A stretch of DNA of 64,000 bases from Octopus sinensis (taxonomy: Eukaryota): the NCBI RefSeq assembly GCF_006345805.1, contig NC_043007.1, positions 34,224,001 to 34,288,000 on the forward strand, in the 5' to 3' direction. The notes beneath the pieces were generated by a model, which was not told where the DNA came from, did not search any database, and worked only from the letters and a program-made list of their open reading frames with translations. The position numbers and the translations under genes were made by a program. Positions 24,625 to 37,519 of this stretch are shown here, piece after piece; the first letter of the stretch is position 1, and each line of letters begins with the position of its first letter.

Positions 24625-25510
24625 AATCTTTTGTACATCGCTTGAAAGGCAGGAAAGCTGGCAGAAACGTTAGCGCGCCGGGCGAAATGCGTAGCCGTAT
24701 TTCGTCTGCCGCTACGTTCTGAGTTCAAATTCCGCCGAGGTCGACTTTGCCTTTTATCCTTTTGGGGTCGATTAAATAAGTACCCGTTACGCACTGGGGT
24801 CGATATAAACGACTTTTCCTGTCAGCCTTTCGGGGTCGATAAATTAAGTACCAGTTACGCACTGGGGTCGATATAATCGACTTAATCCGTCTGTCTGCCT
24901 TGTTTGTCCCCTCTATGATTAGCCATTTCTGGGCAATAAAGAAATAAGAACCGTTTGTACATCGTTTGAAAGGCGTCAAGCTGGCAGAAACGTTAACACT
25001 CCTTTCGGGGTCGATAAATTAAGTACCAGTAAGACACTGGGGTCGATGTAATCGACTTAATCCATTTGTCTGTCCTTGTTTGTCCTCTCTATGTTTAGCC
25101 CCTTGTGGCCAATAAAGAAATAAGAATAGTTTGTACATTAGGCAGCGCTATTTCGTCCGTCATTACGTTCTGAGCTCAAATACCACTGAGGTCGACTTTC
25201 CCTTTCATCCTTTCGGGGTCGTAAAAATAATCACCAGAGGTCATCGATTTACCCCTTCACCCGGGAAATTTCTGCCCTTGAGCCAAAATTTGAAACCGTT
25301 ATTTAAAGGTAGTGAGCTGGCAGAATTGTTAGCACGCTGGGTAAAGTGCTTTGCAGCATTTCGTCCGTTCTGAGTTCAAATTTCACCGAGGTTGACTCTC
25401 CTTTTCATCTTTCCAGGAATCGATAAAATAAGTAGCAGTTGAAGACTGCAGTCGATACAATCGACTTACGTCTCCCCTACATAATTACACGTCTTGAGTC
25501 AAAATTTGAA
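24625..25510 (+). mobile_element. Tandem cluster of rearranged SINE group D copies
   Basis: GGGGTCGATAAATTAAGTACCAGT..CACTGGGGTCGAT is repeated, and the upstream flank TTTGTACAT is also repeated. Confidence 0.85.
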
Positions 25511-26294
25511 ACCAATATTAGTAAAGATTGTTACCAATCTAATCGATAGTTGTTACACTGTAATGAAGATACAGCGTGTTGGCGTGTTGTCTGCTCATAC
25601 ATATAATATCATTGTCTTCCTAGTGTTTCATGTCGCTAAGATTTCTCGCCAACATTAAAAGATCTTTCAGAAGATTCTACTCATAGATGTGATGAATGCT
25701 TTTTCTTAGAAAAACTGTCTCAGATGCGTGTGAATTATTCCTGCTCGGATAATATTATCAACGACTGAAGGACGGTTCGTGGGGTTGTTTTCGTGATGTT
25801 GTTGATGAACTGCCCCCTCCCCCCACCAACCCCACCCCAGATGAACTCTGATCGAACTGACACTCATCGAAGGTGTGCTAGAATTATACATCACTGATAT
25901 CCATTGACTGACCACATTTTCCAGTATCTCCTTCTTCCGTTTACAAGTCCATAGACCGAGATTTAGTGGAGATATTATGAAAATAAAAATGATAATAATA
26001 ATAATATTAATGATGATAATAATAATAATAATAATGATAATGATAGAAAAAATGTTCGCGTTGCACGGAATTATGCCATTTTCTGCGCTCATTTCATTAA
26101 TCAACTCAATTCATGCTGACATGATATGACGATGGTAACACAGTTCATGTTGGTGCAAACTTAATAACAAATACAAGCATATAGATGAAATGCTACACTC
26201 ACACACACACAAACACGCACACCCACACACACACGCGCGCACGCACACAGACGCGCACACATATATGCATGAACACAATTATATATATATATAT

Positions 26295-26673
26295 CTCTCT
26301 ATATATAAACGGCAGTTTGTCTGTGTGTGTTTCTGTGTGTCTGTTAGGTTGTACCCTCACCCTGACCACGGCTTTCAACCGATTCTGATGAAACTTGACA
26401 CACACATAGCCCAATGTCATAATTCAAAACTAACGCAGCAAAAATTTTGAAAAGTTCCCCCAGTTCTGAAAAAAATCGATAAATTCGACATGGGGTCGAG
26501 AATCAGAAACACAAACCGCAAACTGTCTAGGGACGCAACTCCACCTTTTTTAACTAAAAAAAAATTACCATCATTTTTTCCCATTTTTTTGCTATTTTTT
26601 GGCTATAACTCTCTAAAAATGCTTTATAGTTATTTCCCTTACAAACTTGAGCAACGCCGGGCGATACTGCTAG
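26295..26673 (+). mobile_element. Non-autonomous Helitron
   Basis: 5' TCTCTATATATAAAC; 3' GC-rich subterminal GCAACGCCGGGCGA then CTAG/T. Confidence 0.8.
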
Positions 26674-27102
26674 TATATATATATATGCAAGAAATCCTTG
26701 GATCTTAATGGTTTCCTATTATATCTACAAACATAAGAAAAGCTAAAATGAAGACGAAAATAAATGACTGAAGAAAGATATTCAAATATCATTCCACAAT
26801 AGTGTGAGGGAGGTGCTTGGTCAATACCGCTTTGATATATGAGTGTGTGTGTGGGAGGGGTATGTGTTTGTCTCTGTCCATGAATATATCTTATGACATC
26901 GGTCAAGTGTTATGGAAACGAACAATCACCGCCATTACGGTTGATTCAAAATTGCTCGTGCCTGACACACTAACAAAAGAGCAAAAGACTTGGAGAGAAA
27001 ACGAAGATAAATATCACACATCCACACGCACACACACGCACACACACACATGCACATACACACATACACGCGCACGCACACATACACACACACATAAATA
27101 TA

Positions 27103-27225
27103 TATGGCGGTGAGGTAAGAAGCTTGCTTCCTAGCCACATGGTTCCGAGTTCAGTCCCACTGCGCGGCACCTCGGGCCAACCAAAGTCTTGTGAGTGAAT
27201 TTGGTAGATGGAAACTGAAATAATT
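27103..27225 (+). mobile_element. SINE group A head with internal deletion
   Basis: CACATGGTTCCGAGTTCAGTCCCACTGCG..GGGCCAACCAAAG. Confidence 0.8.
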
Positions 27226-27329
27226 CTTTTGTATATATATTTGTTTTGTGGGTCATCTTTACCTTGTTATCTCCCCTACTTTCCTCCTCGTGTTTGACCC
27301 TTCTGTCCGGGACTAGTCGCAATGATAGA

Positions 27330-27500
27330 TCGTTAGCCACTACACACATTTTTTTGCTCTCCTTGTTTATTCTGTGTCCCTTCCTGTAGAAGAGCGTAGG
27401 CTCGAAACGTAAAATACTCTTTCTATTCCTGAGCGTTATACTAATACATCCGCTTGTTTTGTACACCACCTGTCTTCGTCTTTTGTTTTTTTTCGTATAC
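27330..27500 (+). repeat. Family H3 repeat with HHR-like motif
   Basis: CTGTAGA-A-GAGCGTAGGCTC-GAAA-CG-TA at 27384-27411. Confidence 0.75.
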
Positions 27501-27794
27501 TCTCCCTATATATATACGTGTGTGTGTGTATTTATGTGTATATGTTTTTGTGTTTGTGTCTGTCTTCCCACCATCGCTTGACTGGATAAGAACTGTATGC
27601 TTAATATATACCAATTGTTCAAAAGGACTTTCATTCCCCAATAATACTAGGTATCGAACCTGTATTCCCTAGGATGTATATATCTCTATATCTATAAACT
27701 GCAAAATGTCTGTGTGTCCTTTATACAAATCCACAGTTTTTCATGAAAGACCAAATATGCTTGGCTAGCACTGGACCCGGCAACATAGTCCTCG

Positions 27795-27825
<31 letters not shown>

Positions 27826-28030
27826 CTTGCATGCATATGTGCGTTTCTAAGGTATGTACGGTAGTTTCTTTGGGCCATTTACAATTGTGTACTTATGTTA
27901 CATTTATTTTCATTTATTCAGCATTTTTTCTATTCTTGGTATTATTTTCATCATTAGTCTGTTGCGCAAAATATATACAACACGTATATGAGTCGACGAG
28001 CTGGCAGAATCGTTACGCGCCTGATTAAAA

Positions 28031-28410
28031 TACAGTGTTTCAAAAGTTTATGCCACATTCTAAGAACTCTATGAAAACCCCCTCCTCCTTCAATTTTGCA
28101 TGCCAATTGAAAATCTAACGTCTGCCTGGTGCCTGCTTGGTTACCGTTGCGTTGAACACCTGTCCACGATTCAGTTTTAGCGCATTCTAAAAAGCAAAAT
28201 GGCTTCTCTTGTTTTGAGAATGACATTACTGAATCTAAAAAGAGACAAAACCAAAACACAAAATTAAATTTAATTAATTAAATTAAAATCAAATTAACGG
28301 GAGAAAACTTGACACTTTTATCTTATAAATGGTGTCCATTCAATCATGCTACCATTTGTATTTCATGATATAAGAGTTCTCAGAATGTGACAGACTTTTC
28401 AAACAGCCTG
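28031..28410. mobile_element. Tc1-like MITE nested in a group D SINE (27988-28620)
   Basis: TACAGTGTTTCAAAAGTTT..CACATTCTAAGAACTCT versus AGAGTTCTCAGAATGTGACAGACTTTTCAAACAG. The SINE sequence resumes after it. Confidence 0.65.
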
Positions 28411-29287
28411 AACTTTGCGACATTTCTTCCCACGTTTTCGCTCTGAGTTCAAATTCTTCCGAAGTCTACTTTACCTTTCGTCCTTTCGGAATCAAGGTAA
28501 ATAAGTAGCAGTTGAGCACTGGATTCGATAAAAATAAGAACGAAATGAGCAGTGGGGGAGGGGCGATGTAATAGTCTTGCCCTCTCACCCTCGAATATAC
28601 TGGCCGTCTGACAAAATTTGAAGCCAATATGTACAACGTACTGTTTATGCCGGGGCGGTATCTGTTTTGTATGTGTAGAGTGACTTAAGATATATATGTT
28701 AATGCTGGGTAGTTATTGCTTAGATTATGTGTTATTTTATTGAATTTGCTAGTATAGAGAATGTCCAATGTGGTATGCATAATGTGTACAGAGTGATTTG
28801 TGCAATTGAATTGAAAGTGCCATGCGTAGGATGTGAGCTGTGTCTGGCATGACTTTATTATAGCTGGATGTCAAATGGCAGAAATAGTTCATTATGTTGA
28901 CCTCACATCATGTGATGTGTTTAGCCTAGAATATTAAATTTATCATTTTTATTTTTAAAAATGATAAAAAGAGTCATTAATTTTTTTTTTGTAATGATCT
29001 GTTTTAATTAAAATTTCATAGATACACTACTCAGAGATAAATTATTCATTGTTGTCAATTCCATATCGCAGACACTTTTTTATTACATTGTTGACTAACA
29101 TATCTCACGCTGCTATTTTCTGTTACATATTAGTCAAAAGAGGAGGTAGCGATTTATCCGTGATAGTAGCTGCCCATCTGAGTCTGGTGAGAATTAATAC
29201 AGTTCATGTTCAAACAGAACCATTGTAAGAACAACGTGAGCGTGGAGTTGAGACTAATTGATCTGGAAGAGCAATCTAAACTCAAAG

Positions 29288-29490
29288 TAAGGCGACGAGC
29301 TGACAGAATCGTTAGCACGTTGGGTAAAATGCTTAGCGGCATTTCGTCTGTCTTTACATTCGGGGTTCAAATTCTACCGAAGTCGATTTTTCCTTTCATC
29401 CTTTTGGGGTCGATAAAATAATACTGGAGTCTATGTAATCGACTGAGCCCCTTCCCCCAAACTTGCTAGCCCATTGCCAAAATTTGAAAT
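29288..29490 (+). mobile_element. SINE group D
   Basis: GAGCTGACAGAATCGTTAGCACG..GTTCAAATTC..GGGGTCGATAAAAT. Confidence 0.8.
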
Positions 29491-29565
29491 CAATATCAAA
29501 CACAAAGCAAGTATTATCATTAGGTATGGGAAAAATCTTAACCCTTGCATGGCCACCACACATAA

Positions 29566-29870
29566 GTGGGGGCACATGGCCTAGTGGTTAGAGCAGCGGA
29601 CTCGCGGTCAAGGGATCACGGGTTCGAATCTTCGACCGGGCAATGTGTGTGTTTATGAGCGAAGCACCTAAGTTCCACGCGGCTCCGGCAGAAGGTAATG
29701 GCGAACTTCTGCTGACTTTTTCGACACAACTTTCTCTCACTCTTTCCTCCTGCATCTTGCAACTCACCTGCGACGGACCGGCGACCCGTCCAGGTGGGGA
29801 ACCTATACGCCAAGGAAACCGGGAAACCGGCCCTATGAGCCAGGCATGGTTCGAGAAGGAACAAACAACC
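29566..29870 (+). mobile_element. SINE head C with a V-domain-like segment and distinct tail
   Basis: CCTGCGACGGACCGGCGACCCGTCCAGG resembles the V-SINE central domain; ends GAGAAGGAACAAACAAC. Confidence 0.8.
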
Positions 29871-30261
29871 ACACATAACATAAAAGATGATAAACAGTTG
29901 TAGCAGAAACACAAGACTAGAAGTATGATACAAGGAGATGATGACAAGATTCAAACTTACTTCAAACCAACTTCACCCCTTTCATTTCATCTGGGCTTAG
30001 TTACGTATAGTTTTCCCCTTAGTACCAAACTTTTCCCATTCTTTACTTTCTCTCAAATTTTAACTTCTTGTTGCAATCGCGCCACCTATCAGTGGCTACC
30101 CCTCACACGAGTCATCTTCTCAGTTTTTCACTTTTTGCTTAGTTATTTTGCATCCAAAGTGCAATAACACTTTCTATTTTCTCAACTCTCTCGTGATGAA
30201 CGGTTTCTCGAAAAGTGAATCCATATTATTCATGTTATAATCAAAGTCTTTATTAATCTTT

Positions 30262-30600
30262 TAGACAGAGGAGAATGAAGAGGCCCTCCGGTGCACTGGT
30301 ATACCTCCTTTGATGGAAATCTCCACTGAAAAATATTTACGTTGGCTGGGGCACGTACACAAGATGGACAACAGCAGACTCCCCAGATAACTCATTTACT
30401 CCCAACTATGAAAGGCAAAAAGAAACCATGGAAGACCTCGACTAAGATTCAAAGATGATGCAAAAAAGAATATGAAGTGAAAAGGAATTCATCATGATAA
30501 ATGGCAAACTCAAAGCAAAAAGCCGACCAATATGGAGAAAGCTTATCAAGTTATGCCAAAGCCAGGAACAGTCAGAATCGCGACGACTGACTAAAAATAA
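30262..30600 (+). mobile_element. RTE-clade LINE 3' fragment
   Basis: NEEALRCTGIP..YLRWLGHVHKMDNSRLPR..GRPRLRFKD..WRKLI with stops. Confidence 0.85.
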
Positions 30601-31012
30601 TAAAATGATAGTCAAAAGACAATGGCAATGTCTATAACCCATTACAGTGTTTCAGAGACTGGTAGGAGGAAGAAGGAAAGGAATCTCCCCTGAAACACGA
30701 GGCCTTGCAAGAACACTTGCAACAGAGTGAACTCCATTAAAAACAACTAAGTTGCAAAACGGTGATGTCAGACCAGGTGATAAGATATTAAGTAGACAAA
30801 GGAAGGATTTGAACTTATAATGCAAGGAGCCGACCATATGACTTTCATTCTGACTTTCTTTACATTTTTGCCAACACCTTTCCTCCGTAATAATGAAAAA
30901 CAAGTTTGACATCAGCAAGGTTTGAACTCAGAGTGCACACGCTCTAAACATGTATAGCGTGGCTGCCTATCTAACGCCCTAACCTAATCACCTCTACCTA
31001 ATCACCCACGAA

Positions 31013-31050
<38 letters not shown>

Positions 31051-31067
31051 TAAATATTAATATATAC

Positions 31068-31919
31068 GCGAGAAAGAGGCAACAAGAATGGATAGGTTTT
31101 TAGTACAATCGTTTCATACAAGGACAGGCTTTATTAAAAGTTGTAAAATTACAGCATATAAACGTGTCCCGTACTCATCAGCTACAATACATGTGAGTTC
31201 TCTAGACATCCTAGTGGTTGAGGCTATACTCATGAAGTAATGTAGATAATTAAGTAACATAAACAGATTTCCAAAGTCATTAAAGTTCTTAAGTACAGTC
31301 TTATCACAGAATTTTAAAAAAGTTCTAATAGCATCACAGAGAAGGTGACCTATTCCATAGAGCACATATGAAATTCCAGAGATATGATGAGGGATTACAT
31401 ACTCACAGAAGACAAATTTATCGCCTGTGAATATGAGATTCCTCTTCATTTCTCTGGAAACTTACATCTAAACCATTGGAAATTGTGCATCTATACAAAG
31501 GATTAATTCACCCTCTCTGTAATGCTAATAAGCAGGAATTGAGACCCACCTCGTTGTGATTAACAATGGATAAATTTGTCTTCTGTGAGTATGTAATCCC
31601 TCATCATATCTCTGGAATTCATATGTGCTCTATGGAATAGGTCACCTTCTCTGTGATGCTATTAGAACTTTTTAAAATTCTGTGATAAGACTGTACTTAA
31701 GAATTTAATGAACTTGGAAATCTGTTTATGTTACTTATTATCTACATTACTTCATGAGTATAGCCTCAACCACTAGGATGTCTAGAGAACTCACATTATT
31801 TTAGCTGATGAGTACGGGACACGTTTATATGCTGTAATTTTTACAACTTTTAATAAAGCCTGTCCTTGTATGAAACGATTGTACTAAAAAACCTATCCAT
31901 TCTTGTTGCCTCTTCTCGC
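31068..31919. repeat. Fold-back element with ~355-bp inverted arms and ~146-bp spacer
   Basis: 31068-31422 is the reverse complement of 31569-31919 with only scattered differences. Confidence 0.95.
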
Positions 31920-32515
31920 TTATAATCACCCCACATTACTGTATTGTTAAAACAGTATAGTTTTTTTGGTGCATCTAAGTTAGGTACCATATTCAAGTAA
32001 TTCATTTAATTAACTTGAATCTTTATTGCTTTTTATATTATATATAATATATATATATATATATAATATCTATATGGATTAAGTTTTGCTGACGCAAATC
32101 ATAAGTTTCCTGGAGTTCCAGGATTTTACTGAAGTAACTTATTCTTCTTTTGCCTGGCAAGCTTGTCCTATCAAGTCGGTCATCTTAAATAGCCATGATC
32201 CATTTAAACCAATGATCTCCTCTATATGACACACTTGTAAACACAGAGTTCAAATTCCCTTTTTAAATTGCAGCTTTCTAGCGAGTATCATTAAATCACT
32301 AATTATGACGACGAATAATAGAGACCTTATTTCGACTGCATAAATAAATAGATGGCTTTTCGTAATGTTCTTCCTCATTTCCCTTCATCCTTTCTTTCTT
32401 TCTTTTCTTCTCTTCTCTATGTCAGTTTGGCTTTCTATATTATTTCTCTTTTCATATAACGTTATAAAATATTTTTTTAATTAAGATGTAATGATAGGAC
32501 ATTTACATATATATG

Positions 32516-32547
<32 letters not shown>

Positions 32548-32681
32548 TATATATATATTATATATATATACATATATATATTTACATATATATATATATA
32601 CACATACATACATATGTATAGTATATACATACACACACACACACACCACACACATATAATATATGTAGGTATATATATAAT

Positions 32682-32723
<42 letters not shown>

Positions 32724-33394
32724 CATATGTATTGTATATACATACATACATACATACACACACACATATGTCTGTATATATGATTCCGTTCGTGTTTGGA
32801 AGGACGTAATATGGCGCGCTTGAAATGTATAAAACTTTGACATCTTCTCTCGCAGTCATACGCAGACACCACACATACAACCACCAACACCACCAACACC
32901 ACCACCACCACCACTACTACCACTACCAACACTAGCCAGCCCCCCCCCCCACGAAGGGATGCCTATCTCTCTGCATCTAAACTGCTTTCATGCAAATTAG
33001 CATTTTATTTATATTTTTCTGTCTTATTCTTTGAATTCTCGTCCAAGAACTTCACACAAACTAATACAGCATCGCATAAACAAATGCACACACACACACT
33101 AACACACCACACACACACACACACACACTAACACACACACAAACACACACATACACACTAACACACACACACTAACACACACACACAAATGCACAAACAG
33201 ACATACACATATATATATAAATTTATATACAGACAAGCATACATACAAGCATATATAATATATACATATAGGCATATATACGTATATATGTGTGTGTTTT
33301 TGTATGCATTTATGCCTGTGCTTCTGTGCTTGTAAGTATGCGTGTGTGTGTGTGTATATATATATATAATGTATGTACCTATATATATTTATTT

Positions 33395-33426
<32 letters not shown>

Positions 33427-33684
33427 AGATATAATATATATAATATATATATATATACATACATGTTGTATCCATGTATGCATGTGTGTGTGTGTATGCG
33501 TGTGTTCTAAACATCTGAGTTCGTATAAAATTTAACGTACAAGAAAATATTGTTGTAAATATGAATATGTCTTCAGTCAGAGATAAGAGCAGCATCATAA
33601 AAATACAGAGATAGAACAGAAACACAACAGAATGGAATGCCACAGTTAAACAAGCGCTTAAAAAAAAAGAAGCTGTATATATAT

Positions 33685-33726
<42 letters not shown>

Positions 33727-33773
33727 CATGTATGTATATATATGTATATATATGTATATAAACATATATATAC

Positions 33774-34172
33774 AGGAGTGGCTGTGTGGTAAGTAGCTTG
33801 TCTACCAACCACATGGTCCCGGGTTCAGTCCCACTGCGTGGCACCTTGGGCAAGTGTCTCCTGCTATAGCCCCGAGCCGACCAAAGCCTTGTGAGTGGAT
33901 TTGGTAGACGGAAACTGAAAGAAGCCCGTCGTATATATGTATATATATATATATGCATGTGTGTGTTTGTGTGTCTGTGTTTGTCCCCCTAGCATTGCTT
34001 GACAACCGATGCTGGCGTGTTTATGTCCTCGTTACTTAGCGGTTCTGCAAAAGAGACCGATAGAATAAGTACTGGGCCTACAAAAGAATAAGTCCCGGAG
34101 TCGAGTTGCTCGATTAAAAGGCGGTGCTCCGGCATGGTCCCAGTCAAATGACTGAAACAAGTAAAAGAGTAA
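33774..34172 (+). mobile_element. SINE group A, full
   Basis: Complete head, microsatellite and tail. Confidence 0.92.
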
Positions 34173-34202
34173 AAGAGTATATATTATATATATACATATA
34201 TA

Positions 34203-34249
<47 letters not shown>

Positions 34250-34264
34250 TCTATGTACATATAT

Positions 34265-34672
34265 ACTCCTACTCTTTCAATATTTTACTTGTTTCAGTCT
34301 GTGGCCATGCTAGAGCACCGCCTTTAGTCGAGCAAATCGACCCCAGGACTTATCCTTTGTAAGCCTTGTACTTATTCTATCTGTCTCTTTTGCCGAACCG
34401 CTAAATTACGGGGCCGTAAGCAGACCACCATCGGTTGTCAAGTGATGTTGGGGGACAAACACAAACATATCCACACATACATACATATATATACATATAC
34501 ATATATACGACGGGATTCTTTCAGTTTCCGTCAACTAAATCCACTCACAAGGCTTTGGTCGGCCTGAGGCTATAGTAGAAGACACTTGCCCAAGGTGCCA
34601 CGCAGTGGGACTCAACCCGGAACCATGTGATTCGTAAGGAAGCTACCTACCACACTACCACTCCTACGCCTA
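34265..34672 (-). mobile_element. SINE group A, full, tail-to-tail with the previous copy
   Basis: Reverse complement of 33774-34172. Confidence 0.92.
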
Positions 34673-35413
34673 TAATATATATTATATATTATATATATAT
34701 GTGTGTGTGTGTGTTTGTGTGTGTATGTGTGTATGTATGTGTGTGTGAGTATGTGTAGATACACACACACACACACGCACACACACACATATATATATAT
34801 ATATTGAATCTTGATTCCTCGCTTTCAATGTTACCCAGCTAAACTGGCGTATAATGGGAAAATACTATGAATTAAGTTCCCTTGAAATATTAATACAAAT
34901 GGAATAAAACAAGTTTCGCGTAAATCCGACACCTGGTTTTTGATATATTAGGGGTATTCGGGGTATAAATACCCAAAATGCTAAAAAATGGAAAAATTCT
35001 CCGAAAATAACTTAACCCTAAATGGGAAGAAATTCTAACCTTTCGATTAGACACCTCAGTGACTTGACAACGATAAAATACGAGTTGTTTTTTTTACAGT
35101 AAAGGTTTCTATTTTTGCACGTCGAGCGTGTGTGTATGTGTGTGTGTTGTGTGTGTGTGTGTGTGTGTGTGTCTGTGTGTCTGTATCCGATGTTTTAAAG
35201 ATCTCAGATACCTTCTAACAAATCCAACTCCCCTCTTATTCCAGCTGTAACAGACCCAGATTATGCATATTATATCGCTCTCTTCGCAGACACCCAGATG
35301 CTACCATCTCTCTATCTATGTCTGAAGAACAGAAAACACTGTTGTCTATGTTAATATCTAAAAGACCTGAATCATTATTTCTTTAACTCTAAAACTACTA
35401 GCGTTATTTTCAC

Positions 35414-35775
35414 TTGGTGCCAAAGATTCCAGCATCACCATCAAAATACAGGTCCAGATACTGCAACAGCTTGGGTTTCAGAGGACCACAGCTCTTTAAC
35501 ATCCTCCCTAAATGCCTGAGAGACTTACATGGTGTGGATGTGGGTTTCTTTAAAACTAAACTGGATCTCTTCTTGTCGGGAGTCCCAGATGAACCTACTT
35601 CACGACAGGAGACGCAGATGCGGGCAGAAGCGTCGAACTCCCTTGTTGATCAAGTGCCACGTATCAAAGGTGGATTCACATATTAGTGTAGCTCATTCAG
35701 CGGTGGTGCCCCAGCATGGCCGCAGCCTTCGGGCTAAAACATTTTTCAGGATTTTTCAGGATTTCAGGATTCAGG
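35414..35775 (+). mobile_element. CR1-clade LINE 3' end with 3' UTR and (TTCAGGA)-type tail repeats
   Basis: NSLGFRGPQLFNILPKCLRDL..FKTKLDLFLSGVPDEP..SNSLVDQV, followed by terminal tandem repeats. Confidence 0.9.
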
Positions 35776-36914
35776 AACTCACTTTTCATTGTATTTATTA
35801 ACCTAGAATAATAGGTATAACTGTAATTATCTTTGTGGTCATTAAATGTTACATATGGATGATGTACGTTTAGTCATTAATCCTTATCATTGATTTCTGA
35901 TTTCGTAACTATTTCTTTGGAGTTTGTCTTGACAGAACTAAGAGTAAGGGCAATTTCTTTTTGTGTGTGTGTGTCTATAAGAATTAGTCATATAGCTGAA
36001 TAAAGTTTATAATTACATCAGCTAATTTCATATATATTTTAGCTTTGTCTGAGACATAAATATCCTCCCAATTTTGAACACTGGCGCTATTTATTTCTTC
36101 CGAAACAGATCCCATCACGCTCCATTTAAAATATTCTCTTCAATTTACAGGCATCTCCAGATAATAAGTCATTAAATTCATTAAATTTCAAATAAAGTCG
36201 AATGAACAAGTATGTTAATGTGCTTATTAATATGTATGTTTATTTCGCTGCCAATATTCTGTATGTCTAAATACTCGTCAAATTACTATCCAGCTAGTAA
36301 CAAGCATAAAGACTATCTTCAAAAGTGTACGAAGAGTACACTGTTAAAAATTTAAATATCATTCAATGTATTCTTGTTTTGTTTTTAACATGATCATTAA
36401 AAGATTCGTTAGAACAATTTTGTAATTTATTCTAATGAAATGAATGTAAAATTTATTAGAAGATTGCAGATTGCTGGTGATTAGAATCGATAGAACGTCA
36501 GACATAATGGCATTGGATATGTGTTACTACTGTTTATTTTAGGGCTTCAAATCAGAGGTTGGTAAAAATTTATTTAAGTACTGTGGGCCATTTAACTGAG
36601 TAATCTCTGTGCACACTGACTAAATTTGTTATCTTGGGTCTTTGTAAGAAATTATTCTTTGTAATTTAATTCTACTGAACAATATTTTAAGTCATATCAT
36701 TTTGGTTGTTGCATATATATTGTATTTATCTGTATGATATAACTACATATATATATATGTGTGTGTGTGTGTGGTGTGTGTGTGTGCGTGTGTGTGTGTG
36801 CATATATATATATATATTATATATATATATATATATAATTATATATGTATATATATATACTTGATGTGACATTCACTAATCCAGACACATATATTCCCTC
36901 TATTTTGTTCATCT

Positions 36915-37040
36915 TTTTATCTTTTTTCTATGCATATTCCTTTCTGTAGAAGAGCGTAAACGCGAAATATAAATGACTACTTCCACTTCTCCTGAGCGGC
37001 AAATTAATACACCCTGTTTATTGTTACCTTGCTTGTCTCT
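36915..37040 (+). repeat. Family H3 repeat, decayed HHR-like motif
   Basis: TTTCTGTAGAAGAGCGTAAACGCGAAATATAAA. Confidence 0.65.
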
Positions 37041-37519
37041 ATCTATATATATATTTTTGCTTTTTGCATAATTTTGTAGTGCAAGGGAGGAGAACGGTCT
37101 GTTTAATCCAACTGCATAAGTTACACAGGGGAACAAATTTAAAGAAGTTGTTTGGTGCCTCAGGTTTTAGACCCGATTCTGGGTATATTCACGCCACTAA
37201 GTTAGAATGCGACAATTTGTTCGTAGCAGCTTTAGTTTTCGAGATAATGTGCTTATCAATAAATATCCCCGAAATTACGTACTATCGTAATAAAGAAATG
37301 GATTTATTCCTCTTCTCGCATGAAAATTATATTATTATTATTTTTTGCAACACTGTTCAAAGCCAGCTGAGTAAAATGGGTACCTCAAATTATGCTCCAA
37401 GTGAATAGCAGTAATTCATGGCTAGTACTAAGCGGAGCTTAAAATGCCTGCTCCTGAACAATACAACAAATATGGGTCGATCCTAATTGATTGCTCAGCT
37501 AAGGAGACTGAGCAGCAAG

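Noticed and set aside
24625-25510. CRISPR-like repeated motif
   Set aside because: Eukaryotic SINE fragments with no unique regular spacers and no cas genes.
29218-29286. 69-nt exon-like ORF NHCKNNVSVELRLIDLEEQSKLK
   Set aside because: The donor overlaps a SINE head, the acceptor is weak, and there is no homology clue.
37081-37408. 114-aa ORF with a good acceptor
   Set aside because: No recognisable motif, ambiguous donor, and the minus strand is also open.
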